From contig OY762445.1 in NCBI GenBank assembly GCA_963665755.1, positions 23,926 to 87,925 on the forward strand: a DNA stretch of 64,000 nt. The letters are read 5' to 3'. Both the position numbers and the translations under genes were made by a program. Shown here piece after piece: positions 26,520 to 36,361 of this stretch. How positions within the stretch are numbered: position 1 is the stretch's first letter; every line of letters begins with the position of its first letter. The notes under the pieces are model-generated. The model had not been told where the DNA came from and made no database searches. It worked only from the letters and a program-made list of their open reading frames with translations. The stretch is from a bacterium. Its GTDB lineage: Bacteria; JAAXHH01.

Positions 26520-27056
26520 GTGGAGAACCAGGAGGAACGCCAGCCCGAGGGCGTTGATCCACAGGAGCCGGACCAGGGCGAGGTAACGGCGCGAATCCGG
26601 GCCCGGTTCGGCAACGCGACGGTCCGGCGCGGCAACGCGGTGGGGTGCGAGAGCGTCATCGTTTCGTTGGATTCGCTCCATCCGTTCATGACCTTTCTGA
26701 GAGACGATCCGGAATTGGCTTTCGATTATCTCGTCGACGTGACCGCCGTGGACCGGTTGAGGCTTGACGAAGCCATCCGTTTCGCCGTAGTCTACCAGCT
26801 GTATTCCTACAAACACAACCGCCGTTTCAGCGTAAGCGTTCCCGTTCCGGAAGCGGATCCCCGGATCGAGTCGATGGTGTCTGTCTGGCCGGGCGCCAAC
26901 TGGCTGGAACGGGAAGTGTACGACATGTACGGGATCGTCTTCGACGGCCATCCCGACCTGCGCCGTATCCTGATGCCGGACGACTTCGGCTCGCATCCCC
27001 TGAGGAAAGACTATCCCCTTCACGGCAAAGGGGAAAGGGACAACTTCGTTTTCTAG
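26520..27056 (+). CDS. nuoC: NADH-quinone oxidoreductase subunit C
   Basis: ANWLEREVYDMYGI.F.GHPDLRRIL..HPLRKDYP. Confidence 0.96.
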   Translation: MENQEERQPEGVDPQEPDQGEVTARIRARFGNATVRRGNAVGCESVIVSLDSLHPFMTFLRDDPELAFDYLVDVTAVDRLRLDEAIRFAVVYQLYSYKHNRRFSVSVPVPEADPRIESMVSVWPGANWLEREVYDMYGIVFDGHPDLRRILMPDDFGSHPLRKDYPLHGKGERDNFVF

Positions 27057-27088
27057 CCGGCCGTTCGCGATGGACACGGCCAGGCCCG

Positions 27089-28366
27089 ATGAAAGCACGC
27101 ATCGTGAATACCACGCAGATCGACAAGCTCGCCGAGGCGGACCTCGAGGAAATCCGGAACGAACGGGTGACTTTCGAGCGCACGCCCGACATGCCCAGCG
27201 AGCACATGATCCTCAATTTCGGTCCCCAGCATCCGGCGACCCACGGGACGCTGCACATGGTGCTGGAACTGGACGGGGAAAAGGTCGCGGGCGCCACGCC
27301 GCACCTCGGCTACCTGCACACCGGTTTCGAGAAACTGGGGGAGTACCGCAGTTACAATCAGTTCGTCACGCTGACCGACCGGATGAATTACCTGTCGCCC
27401 CTCTGCAACAACATCGGCTATTCCCACGCGGTCGAGAAACTGATGGATATCGAAATCACGCCGCGCTGCCGGAATATACGGGTCGCCCTGGCCGAACTTT
27501 CCCGCCTCGCCGACCACCTTTTGTGCGTCGGCACAGCCGCCCTCGATATCGGTGCGTTCACCGCCTTTCTGTACGGGTTCAGGGCCCGGGAAGTGCTGTA
27601 CGACCTGTTCGAAGCGGTATGCGGCACGCGGCTGACCACGAGTTACACGCGCGTGGGCGGTCTCCTGCGCGACGTGCCGGACAATTTTGCGGAGATGGCC
27701 CGTGAATCGGTGGAGGAGACGCTGACGGCCACATCGGAAATCGACCGGCTCCTGACGCATAACCGCATCTGGCGCGACCGGACCGAGGGCGTGGGCGTTC
27801 TCTCCGCGGAAGACGCCGTGGCCTGGGGCGCCACGGGACCGGTGCTCAGGGCGTCGGGCGTCGACTGGGACATTCGCAAGAACGAACCGTACCTCGGGTA
27901 CGAAGCCTACGATTTCGACATACCCATCGGCCGGAACGGGGACGCGTACGACCGCTATCTCGTACGGATGGAAGAGATCAGGCAGAGCGCGGAGATTGTT
28001 CGACAGGCCGTGGAAAACCTGCCGTCGGGGCCCGTGAACTCCGAGGAAGAACACGCCGTACTGCCCGAGAAATCGGAAGTTTACGAGTCCATGGAATCGC
28101 TGATCTACCATTTCAAGATGACCATGGAGGGGCACGGGCCGACACCGCCGGTGGGCGAGGTGTATGCCGCGACGGAAGCGCCGAACGGAGAACTGGGTTT
28201 TTTCATCGTCAGCGACGGCAGCCGGGAACCTTACCGGATTAGGGTGCGCCCCCCGTCTTTCATAAACTTTTCGTTATTCCCCATGTTGATAAAGGGGCAT
28301 ATGCTGTCCGACGTCGTTGCGATACTGGGCAGCCTGAACGTCATCGCCGGAGAACTGGACCGATAG
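27089..28366 (+). CDS. nuoD: NADH-quinone oxidoreductase subunit D
   Basis: NFGPQHPATHG, GYLHTG.EK, DRMNY, GELDR. Confidence 0.97.
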   Translation: MKARIVNTTQIDKLAEADLEEIRNERVTFERTPDMPSEHMILNFGPQHPATHGTLHMVLELDGEKVAGATPHLGYLHTGFEKLGEYRSYNQFVTLTDRMNYLSPLCNNIGYSHAVEKLMDIEITPRCRNIRVALAELSRLADHLLCVGTAALDIGAFTAFLYGFRAREVLYDLFEAVCGTRLTTSYTRVGGLLRDVPDNFAEMARESVEETLTATSEIDRLLTHNRIWRDRTEGVGVLSAEDAVAWGATGPVLRASGVDWDIRKNEPYLGYEAYDFDIPIGRNGDAYDRYLVRMEEIRQSAEIVRQAVENLPSGPVNSEEEHAVLPEKSEVYESMESLIYHFKMTMEGHGPTPPVGEVYAATEAPNGELGFFIVSDGSREPYRIRVRPPSFINFSLFPMLIKGHMLSDVVAILGSLNVIAGELDR

Positions 28367-28367
28367 C

Positions 28368-28859
28368 TTGGCCACACCGCTGGAATTCACAGAAGAGGCG
28401 CGGGAGCGCGCGGCGGAGATCCTGAGTCGGTATCCTGATGAATACAGGAAGTCGGCCGTGGTGCCGCTCCTGCATCTCGCCCAGGAAGAGTGGGGTTACG
28501 TCTCGCCGGAAGCCATGGCCTGCGTGGCCAGGTTGATCGGCTGCTCGCCCGTCAAGGTCGCCGAAATCGCAACTTTCTATCCCATGTTCAACAAGGAGCC
28601 CGTGGGCGACCATGTACTGGCGGTATGCCATACGCTGCCCTGCGCGCTGACCGGATGCGGGGGCATTTTCGATCATCTGTCGGATAGGCTCGGTATCGGA
28701 CTCGGCGAGACCACGGAAGACGGCCGTTTCACGTTGCGGAAGTCGGAATGCCTTGCCGCCTGCGACCGGGGCCCCGTGCTCCTGGTAAACCGCAAACTGC
28801 ACACCCATCTCACCACGGCCAAGGTCGACGAAATACTCGATGGCCTGGAAGAAGAATAG
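28368..28859 (+). CDS. nuoE: NADH-quinone oxidoreductase subunit E
   Basis: ATFYPMF, CHTLPC, CLAAC [2Fe-2S] ligands. Confidence 0.95.
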   Translation: MATPLEFTEEARERAAEILSRYPDEYRKSAVVPLLHLAQEEWGYVSPEAMACVARLIGCSPVKVAEIATFYPMFNKEPVGDHVLAVCHTLPCALTGCGGIFDHLSDRLGIGLGETTEDGRFTLRKSECLAACDRGPVLLVNRKLHTHLTTAKVDEILDGLEEE

Positions 28860-28862
28860 CCC

Positions 28863-30239
28863 ATGGCCGCACCGCTCGAAATACTGACGGCGCACCCGCC
28901 GGCGGGAACCGATCCCGGTGATATCGAAGCGTATATGGCCGGTGGCGGTTACGGCGCGGTACGGAAGGCGCTCACGACCATGAGCAAGAACGGACTGATC
29001 GAGGAGATCAACGCCTCTGGGATCAAGGGCCGGGGCGGTGCCGGATTCTCGACGGGCATGAAGTGGAACCTGTGCGCCGACCGGTATCCGCGGTACCTGT
29101 GCGCCAACGCGGACGAAAGCGAACCAGGCAGCTTCAAGGACCGGCTCCTGCTGGAATCGAAACCCCATCAGATCATCGAAGGCATGATCATCACCAGCTA
29201 CGCCCTGGGGATCAACCTGGGCTATATCTATATCCGCGGTGAGTTCTTCCAGATCATCGACCAGATGGAAGCCGCCCTCGCGGACGCCGGAAAACGCGGC
29301 TTTCTCGGCAAGAATATCCTGGATTCGGGCTTCGACCTGGAATTGTACGTCCATCCCGGCGCCGGGGCCTATATTTGCGGAGAAGAGACGGGCCTGATCG
29401 AATCCATCGAGGGCAACCGGCCCTACCCCCGGCTGAAACCGCCGTTCTTCCCCGCCGCCATCGGTCTCTGGGGACAACCCACGATCGTGAACAACGTGGA
29501 AACCATGGCCCAGATCACCACGATCGTCGACATGGGGGCGGAAACCTACAAGCAGATCGGAACGGAGGAAGACACGACGGGACCACGGCTGTTCGGCCTG
29601 TGCGGCCACGTGAAGAATCCCGGCGTCTACGAGTACGACTCCGACGTCACGCTGCGGGAGCTGATCTACGACGCAGGCGGCGGCATACGGGACGGCAACC
29701 GGCTCAAGGGGGTCATCCCCGGCGGGATCTCGGCGCCGGTCCTGACACCGGAGGAGATCGATACCACCATGGGCTTCGGCGCCCTGGGCAAGCTGGGTTC
29801 CATGGGCGGAACCGGCGGAATCATCGTGATGGACGAGACCACCAGCATGGTGGACGCCCTGCTGAACGCCTCCTCCTTCGCCGCCCACGAGTCATGCGGC
29901 CAGTGCACACCCTGCCGCGAAGGCGTGCCCTGGATGAACGACATCCTCCACCGGATCCGCAACGGTCAGGGCCGCGACGAGGACCTCGACCTGCTGCTGG
30001 ATATCTGCAAGCAGATCCATGGCCATACGGTGTGCGTTTTTGGCCAGGCGCCGGGGGTCTGGCCCGTACGGACCATTCTCGTCAAGTACTGGCCGGAATT
30101 CAGGGCCTGCATCGAACAGAAAGAACTGGTCGTCCTGCCCGTGGAGGAATCGTACCTGCGGCCCGGCCAGTATGAACACATACCCCCCGTACCCGGCAAT
30201 TTCCGTCTGAAAACCAACGAAGCCGACGCAGCTGGATGA
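28863..30239 (+). CDS. nuoF: NADH-quinone oxidoreductase subunit F
   Basis: GRGGAGF, NADESEPG, YICGEET, ESCGQCTPCREG. Confidence 0.97.
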   Translation: MAAPLEILTAHPPAGTDPGDIEAYMAGGGYGAVRKALTTMSKNGLIEEINASGIKGRGGAGFSTGMKWNLCADRYPRYLCANADESEPGSFKDRLLLESKPHQIIEGMIITSYALGINLGYIYIRGEFFQIIDQMEAALADAGKRGFLGKNILDSGFDLELYVHPGAGAYICGEETGLIESIEGNRPYPRLKPPFFPAAIGLWGQPTIVNNVETMAQITTIVDMGAETYKQIGTEEDTTGPRLFGLCGHVKNPGVYEYDSDVTLRELIYDAGGGIRDGNRLKGVIPGGISAPVLTPEEIDTTMGFGALGKLGSMGGTGGIIVMDETTSMVDALLNASSFAAHESCGQCTPCREGVPWMNDILHRIRNGQGRDEDLDLLLDICKQIHGHTVCVFGQAPGVWPVRTILVKYWPEFRACIEQKELVVLPVEESYLRPGQYEHIPPVPGNFRLKTNEADAAG

Positions 30240-30246
30240 GTATCCC

Positions 30247-31857
30247 ATGGCAACCATAACCATAGATGATCGGCAGTATACCGTCGAAGAAGGCCGCAAC
30301 CTGATCGACGCGGCGGCGGACCTGGACATCGACATCCCCCATTTCTGCTATCACCCGGGGCTGGCGCCGGACGGCAACTGCCGCATGTGCCTCACCGAGA
30401 TGGAGATACGGCCCGGACAGTTCGGCATCGTCACGTCGTGCACAATCCGGATCAAGGACGGGATGAATTTCCGGTTCAATTCCCCGGCCGTGCTGGACAA
30501 CCGCAAGGGGATCATGGAGTTCCTGCTCATCAACCACCCCCTGGACTGTCCCTGGTGCGACCAGGCCGGGGAGTGCAAGCTGCAGGACCATTCCTTCGAC
30601 CACGGCCGGGGTCACAGCCGGTTCGTCGAGACCAAGCGCGTACCGCCGAAGAAGGACCTCGGACCGCACATCACGCTCTACACGACGCGCTGCATACTGT
30701 GCCAGCGCTGCACCCGTTTCTGCGACGAGATCACGGGAACGTCCGAACTCGGCGTCGTGCAGATGGGGAGCAAGTCCGAGATCGCGACCTTCGAGGGCGT
30801 TCCCCTGGACAACAAGATGTCGGGGAACGTGGCGGACATCTGTCCCGTAGGCGCCCTGGTCACCAAGGACTTCCTCTACAAACCCCGTATCTGGCATTAC
30901 GACAAGGTGGACACCCTTTGCCCGGGATGCGCCACCGGGTGCAACACCACCCTGGAAGTCATGCACCAGAAGATCTACCGCACCCGACCCCGGCACAACG
31001 AGGCCGTCAACGGGCACTGGATGTGCGACGAGGGCCGGTTCTGCTACCATGACTGGCAGGGCGTGGACCGGCTGAAAGCGCCGCTGAAGCGGGTGGACGG
31101 CGAATTGCGCCAGGTCACGTGGCCCGATGCCCTGGACGCCGCCGTCAGCGGCATACAGGCTATCCTGGCGGACGAAGGGGATTCCGCCATGGGCGTGGTC
31201 GGGTCGTCCATGGCGACCAACGAGGAGAACTACCTGCTCGGCTTACTGGGCACCGGAGCCTTCGGATCTTCGTGGACCGGCCTCATCCGCAAGCCCGGTG
31301 GGGAAGTGTGGACGTCGAAGAGCGGATTTCACATCGACGCGGACAAGACGCCCAACAGCCGGGGCGCCGGCGACATGCTGGGCGTCGACTCGCTGGACGG
31401 CATCCTGCAGGGTATCGATGGCGGCTCGGTACGGGGGCTATACGTACTGGGTGGCGATATCGGCCAGACGCTGTCGCAGGAGGTCGCGGAGGCCTTCCGC
31501 AAGCTCGAATTCCTGGTGGTGCACGACGTGCGCCGGTCCGACCTCGCCGAACTGGCCGACGTGGTCCTCCCGGGGGCGGTTCCCTTCGAGAAGACCGGTA
31601 CCATGACCAATGCGCAGGGGCGTGTGCAACGCCTGAACGCCGCCTTTCCCCAGCCCGGCGGAGCACGGGAGGACGGTGCGATCCTCCGATACGTGGGACT
31701 GCGCATGGGCGTTGAAATGGGCGAAGCCGACCCTGCCCGGATCCTGGAGGAAATCGCCCGTAGCGTGGATGGATACGCGGGACTCACCTATGACCTGATC
31801 GGTGATCAGGGCGCCATGACGGCCGGCGAAGGGCCGTCCGAGGCCGCGGGAGGTTAG
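30247..31857 (+). CDS. nuoG: NADH-quinone oxidoreductase subunit G (short form)
   Basis: PHFC..CRMC, HPLDCPWCDQAGEC, CILCQRC..CPVG, CPGCATGC. Confidence 0.92.
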   Translation: MATITIDDRQYTVEEGRNLIDAAADLDIDIPHFCYHPGLAPDGNCRMCLTEMEIRPGQFGIVTSCTIRIKDGMNFRFNSPAVLDNRKGIMEFLLINHPLDCPWCDQAGECKLQDHSFDHGRGHSRFVETKRVPPKKDLGPHITLYTTRCILCQRCTRFCDEITGTSELGVVQMGSKSEIATFEGVPLDNKMSGNVADICPVGALVTKDFLYKPRIWHYDKVDTLCPGCATGCNTTLEVMHQKIYRTRPRHNEAVNGHWMCDEGRFCYHDWQGVDRLKAPLKRVDGELRQVTWPDALDAAVSGIQAILADEGDSAMGVVGSSMATNEENYLLGLLGTGAFGSSWTGLIRKPGGEVWTSKSGFHIDADKTPNSRGAGDMLGVDSLDGILQGIDGGSVRGLYVLGGDIGQTLSQEVAEAFRKLEFLVVHDVRRSDLAELADVVLPGAVPFEKTGTMTNAQGRVQRLNAAFPQPGGAREDGAILRYVGLRMGVEMGEADPARILEEIARSVDGYAGLTYDLIGDQGAMTAGEGPSEAAGG

Positions 31858-31861
31858 TGGA

Positions 31862-32920
31862 TTGATCGTCGACCCAATAATCCTGGAGGGCACCGTCGCC
31901 CTGGTCAAAATCGGCATCTTGCTCGGGGTGGTGTTCACCACCGTCGCCTACCTCACCTTCATGGAACGCCGGGTAAGCGCCATGATCCAGGACCGGCTCG
32001 GTCCCAATCGCGTCGGACCTATGGGACTGCTGCAGCCGCTGGCCGACGGTATCAAGTTCATGTGGAAGGAAGAGTTCATCCCGGCGAGCGCCGATCGCAC
32101 CCTCTTCGCCGTCGCGCCGGCCCTGATCCTGGTGCCGGCCCTGTTGATCTTCGCCGTCATTCCTGTGGGCGGTGAAGTGACCATTCCGGCCTTTACCCTC
32201 TTCGGCCTGCAGTTCCAGGAGACCACGACCAACCTGCAGATCATCGATCTGAACGTCGGAATACTGTACGTCCTGGGCATGACCTCCATCGCCGTGTACG
32301 GGATCGCCCTGGGCGGATGGAGCGCGAACAACAAGTTCACCCTGCTGGGCGGGATCCGGTCGTCTGCGCAGATGATCAGTTACGAACTTTCGCTGGGCCT
32401 GTCCATCGTCGGCATCCTGATGCTCACGGGGTCTCTCCAGATGAGCCGGATCGTCGACGCGCAGGGCACCTTCCTCGATTGGTTCATTTTCCGGCAGCCG
32501 CTGGCATTCCTGATCTTCGTCGTCGCGGCCTTTGCAGAGAACAACCGGTTGCCCTTCGACCTGGTCGAGTGCGAACAGGAACTCGTCGGCGGCTTCCATA
32601 CGGAATACAGCAGCATGCGGTTCTCCATGTTCATGATCGCGGAGTACGCCAGCATGATCGCGGCTTCCGCCTTGATGGCGACCCTCTTCTTCGGGGGATG
32701 GCACATGCCCTTCGAAGATCTGGTCGGACCGGGCCTGGTGACCCTCTATCAAGTGGCCGGGTTCCTGGTCAAGACGGGATTCTTCCTCTTCCTCTATATC
32801 TGGGTGAGGTGGTCGCTTCCGCGATTCCGGTATGATCAGCTTATGGCGATCGGATGGAAGGTGCTGCTGCCCCTTGCCCTGCTGAACGTGGTATTTACCG
32901 GTATATGGATGCTGGTCTGA
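31862..32920 (+). CDS. nuoH: NADH-quinone oxidoreductase subunit H
   Basis: ERR..A.IQDRLGPNRVGP.GLLQPLADGIK, SYE, RLPFD..E.EL..G..TEYS. Confidence 0.97.
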   Translation: MIVDPIILEGTVALVKIGILLGVVFTTVAYLTFMERRVSAMIQDRLGPNRVGPMGLLQPLADGIKFMWKEEFIPASADRTLFAVAPALILVPALLIFAVIPVGGEVTIPAFTLFGLQFQETTTNLQIIDLNVGILYVLGMTSIAVYGIALGGWSANNKFTLLGGIRSSAQMISYELSLGLSIVGILMLTGSLQMSRIVDAQGTFLDWFIFRQPLAFLIFVVAAFAENNRLPFDLVECEQELVGGFHTEYSSMRFSMFMIAEYASMIAASALMATLFFGGWHMPFEDLVGPGLVTLYQVAGFLVKTGFFLFLYIWVRWSLPRFRYDQLMAIGWKVLLPLALLNVVFTGIWMLV

Positions 32921-32938
32921 CTCGGGAGAGTGCAACCC

Positions 32939-33505
32939 ATGGCAATCGTCGTTGAAGCGCGCAAGATGACCCTGGCGGAACGGCTGTACCTGCCGGCGGT
33001 GATCAAGGGCATGCTCCTTACCCTGACCCACCTGTTCAAGAAAAAGGTCACGATGCAGTACCCTGAGGTGCAGAAAGTCCTGCCGCCCGGATACCGCGGC
33101 GCCCACCGGCTCAACAAGGACGAGCAGGACCGGATCAAGTGCGTGGCCTGTGAAATGTGCGCCGTGGCCTGCCCTGCCGATTGCATCACCATCGAAGGCA
33201 AGGAAACCGAGTGGGACGACCGGGAAAAGATCCCGCGCACCTTCCAGATAGACATGCTCCGGTGCATATTCTGCGGCATGTGCGTGGAGGCCTGCCCGGA
33301 GGACGCCATCGATATGACGGACAACATCGATCTCGTGGCCACGACGCGGGAAGAAATGATCTGGGACCGGGAACGCCTGCTGAAGAACTACGACGACACC
33401 CGGAACCAGGCGGGCACGCTAGGCCAGGTCCTTCGAAAGAGCCGGAAGGCTTTTACACGACCCAGGGGAGACCAGCTTCCAGCTCCGGGCGGTCATACGC
33501 ATTGA
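32939..33505 (+). CDS. nuoI: NADH-quinone oxidoreductase subunit I
   Basis: CVACEMC..CP and CIFCGMC..CP ferredoxin motifs. Confidence 0.96.
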   Translation: MAIVVEARKMTLAERLYLPAVIKGMLLTLTHLFKKKVTMQYPEVQKVLPPGYRGAHRLNKDEQDRIKCVACEMCAVACPADCITIEGKETEWDDREKIPRTFQIDMLRCIFCGMCVEACPEDAIDMTDNIDLVATTREEMIWDRERLLKNYDDTRNQAGTLGQVLRKSRKAFTRPRGDQLPAPGGHTH

Positions 33506-33542
33506 CGGGCTGGGAATAGCCCCTACGGTATTTACGGTATCT

Positions 33543-34058
33543 ATGGAACTCTACTTCTTCCTGTTTTTCGCCTTCGTGGCCGTTGCGAGCAGCGTGGCGA
33601 TGATCCTGCAGCGCAACCCGATTTACTGCGTGCTGCTGCTCATCATGGTCATGATCTCCATCGCCGGCCTGTACCTGATGCTGGATGCCCAGTTCGTCGC
33701 GATCATCCAGATCGTCGTGTACGCCGGGGCCATCATGGTGTTGTTCCTATTCGTTATCATGCTGCTCAACCTGAGCCGCGAGGAGGGCGGAACGTTCCGG
33801 ATTCAGAAACCGATTGCCGGCCTCCTGGCCGTGCTCCTGTTCCTGCCCGTGGCGGCCATGGTGATGTCCTACGCGGGCGGCGGGACGGCTCCGCCGGCGG
33901 AAGGGAGCCAGGCGGGATTCGGCGAAGTGGAACAGATTGGCACGTTGCTGTTCACGAAATACCTGCTGCCCGTGGAGATCGCGGCCGTGCTCCTTTTGAT
34001 CGCCATCGTGGGGGCCGTGGTGCTGACGCGCAAGGGCACCGTTGCCGCGGGCGAATGA
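33543..34058 (+). CDS. nuoJ: NADH-quinone oxidoreductase subunit J
   Basis: QIVVYAGAIMVLFLFVIMLL. Confidence 0.96.
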   Translation: MELYFFLFFAFVAVASSVAMILQRNPIYCVLLLIMVMISIAGLYLMLDAQFVAIIQIVVYAGAIMVLFLFVIMLLNLSREEGGTFRIQKPIAGLLAVLLFLPVAAMVMSYAGGGTAPPAEGSQAGFGEVEQIGTLLFTKYLLPVEIAAVLLLIAIVGAVVLTRKGTVAAGE

Positions 34059-34087
34059 GAACCTGATCTGGTAGAATCGAATAACCC

Positions 34088-34390
34088 ATGATCCCTGTCA
34101 CTTATTACCTGGTCCTCAGCGCGGTGCTTTTCCTTATCGGCACCACCGGCGTGCTGATCCGGCGGAACGCGATCATCGTGCTGATGGGCATCGAGTTGAT
34201 GCTCAACGGGGCCAACCTGTCATTCGTGGCCTTCGCCCGGGAGTTCGGCATGGCCGACGGCCACATCTACGTTTTCCTCGTGATCACCGTGGCGGCCGCC
34301 GAGGTGGCGATCGGTCTGGCCCTGGTCATCCTGCTGTTCCGAAACCGTGGAACGGTCAACATCGACGAGGTCCGATCCCTGCGCTGGTAA
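34088..34390 (+). CDS. nuoK: NADH-quinone oxidoreductase subunit K
   Basis: [16 protein letters not shown]. Confidence 0.97.
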   Translation: MIPVTYYLVLSAVLFLIGTTGVLIRRNAIIVLMGIELMLNGANLSFVAFAREFGMADGHIYVFLVITVAAAEVAIGLALVILLFRNRGTVNIDEVRSLRW

Positions 34391-34411
34391 CGGGAGCCTT
34401 CGAGCACAAAC

Positions 34412-36337
34412 ATGACCGAATCCTTCGGCTACGTCTGGCTGATCCCCTTCCTGCCCCTGCTGGGCGCATTCATCAACGTATTCTGCAACCGGAATCCCCG
34501 GGTGTCCGGAATGATCGCCTGCGTCGCGGTGGCCACGTCCTTCCTGCTCGTGCTGGCCGTCTTCTTCCAGCTCATCGGGCTGCCGGCTGGGGAACGCAGC
34601 GTCGACGTGGTCGTCTATTCGTGGATAACGACCGGTACCTTCGCGGTGGACGTGGCCTTTCTGATCGACCCGCTTTCGACGGTCATGATGCTGGTGGTGA
34701 CGGGCGTCGGACTGCTGATCCACGTCTATTCCATCGGTTACATGGGCAAGGACACGTGCTGTGTCCGGTATTTCTCCTATCTGAACCTGTTCATGTTCGC
34801 CATGCTCATCCTCGTGATGGGCGACAACTTCCTTCTGATGTTCGTAGGTTGGGAAGGCGTCGGCCTCTGTTCCTACCTGCTGATCGGCTTCTGGTGCGAA
34901 AGGCAGTCCGCGGCGAACGCGGGAATGAAGGCCTTCGTGGTGAACCGCGTCGGAGATTTCGCCTTCATCCTCGGCCTGCTCCTGATTTTCCTCTATGCCG
35001 GCTCGCTGACCTACGCCGACGTGTTCGCGGCAGACCCGAACGTACTCGCCCCGGTCATCACGGCGATCACCCTGCTGCTCTTTATCGGGGCCATGGGCAA
35101 GTCGGCCCAGGTCCCCCTCCACGTCTGGCTCCCGGACGCCATGGAAGGCCCCACGCCGGTCAGCGCGCTGATCCACGCGGCCACCATGGTAACCGCGGGC
35201 GTGTACATGGTGGCCCGTTGCCACGCGCTCTTCGCGCAGTCGGCCACGGCCATGACTGTCGTGGCCGTAGTCGGCGCGGTCACGGCCGTTTTCGCCGCGT
35301 ACATCGCCATGACCCAGTACGACATCAAACGCGTCCTCGCCTATTCCACCGTGAGCCAGCTGGGATACATGTTCCTGGCTTGCGGCGTCGGTTATTTCAC
35401 CGCGGGCATCTTCCACCTGGTCACCCACGCGTTTTTCAAGGCCCTGCTGTTCATGGGCGCGGGCAGCGTCATTCACGCCCTGGAACACGCCCTGGAAAAG
35501 GGCAAGGACCCCCAGGACCTCCGCAACATGGGCGGACTCAGCAGTCTGATGCCGGTAACCTACAAGTCCATGCTGCTGGCCACCCTGGCCATCGCGGGGA
35601 TCGCGCCATTCGCCGGATTCTTCAGCAAGGACCTGATCCTGCTGGGCGCTTTCGTCAACGCCCCCGTGCTGTGGGTGGTGGCCCTGGCCACCGCGGTTAT
35701 GACCGCATTCTACATGTTCCGGCTGCTGTTCATGACCTTCGGCGGCAAGACCCGGATGAACCCTCTGGAGACTGAGAAGGTACACGAATCGTCCCGGGTC
35801 ATGACCATACCGCTGGTCCTGCTGGCCATTCTTTCCACCGTGGGTGGTTTCATCGGTATTCCCCATGTTTTCGCGAAGGGCATGGACCGATTCGGCGGAT
35901 TCCTGGCTCCGGTGTTCTCCGGACTTCCGGAAGCGCCGGTTCCTTCTTCGAGCGTTGAACTGGTCCTGATGGTCCTGACCCTGCTGCTGGCCTCGGCCGG
36001 CATCTGGGGCGCCTACACGGTCTACATCCGGGGCAATACGGTTTTCGACCGCCTGGTTCCCCGCGCGCTGTATACACTTTCGCTGAGGAAGTTCTACGTG
36101 GACGAGGTCTACGACGCCCTGATCGTCGGGCCGGTCAGGAAGATCGCCTGGGGATTCTCGCGCATCGTGGACGCCCTGATCATCGACGGCGGCCTGACCC
36201 TGGCCGCGCTTACGGTGCGCAGCGTGGGGAACGTGATCCGGTACTCGCAAACGGGTGTCGTTCAGCATTACGCGCTGATCATGGTCATCGGCGCACTGGT
36301 GGTAATCGTCTACGTCACCGGTTACCTGGGACCCTAA
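34412..36337 (+). CDS. nuoL: NADH-quinone oxidoreductase subunit L
   Basis: WEGVG, GKSAQ.PLHVWLPDAMEGPTPVSALIHA, HAFFKALLF, FFSKD. Confidence 0.97.
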   Translation: MTESFGYVWLIPFLPLLGAFINVFCNRNPRVSGMIACVAVATSFLLVLAVFFQLIGLPAGERSVDVVVYSWITTGTFAVDVAFLIDPLSTVMMLVVTGVGLLIHVYSIGYMGKDTCCVRYFSYLNLFMFAMLILVMGDNFLLMFVGWEGVGLCSYLLIGFWCERQSAANAGMKAFVVNRVGDFAFILGLLLIFLYAGSLTYADVFAADPNVLAPVITAITLLLFIGAMGKSAQVPLHVWLPDAMEGPTPVSALIHAATMVTAGVYMVARCHALFAQSATAMTVVAVVGAVTAVFAAYIAMTQYDIKRVLAYSTVSQLGYMFLACGVGYFTAGIFHLVTHAFFKALLFMGAGSVIHALEHALEKGKDPQDLRNMGGLSSLMPVTYKSMLLATLAIAGIAPFAGFFSKDLILLGAFVNAPVLWVVALATAVMTAFYMFRLLFMTFGGKTRMNPLETEKVHESSRVMTIPLVLLAILSTVGGFIGIPHVFAKGMDRFGGFLAPVFSGLPEAPVPSSSVELVLMVLTLLLASAGIWGAYTVYIRGNTVFDRLVPRALYTLSLRKFYVDEVYDALIVGPVRKIAWGFSRIVDALIIDGGLTLAALTVRSVGNVIRYSQTGVVQHYALIMVIGALVVIVYVTGYLGP

Positions 36338-36361
36338 CCTAAGGACTCGAAGGTGCCGTTC

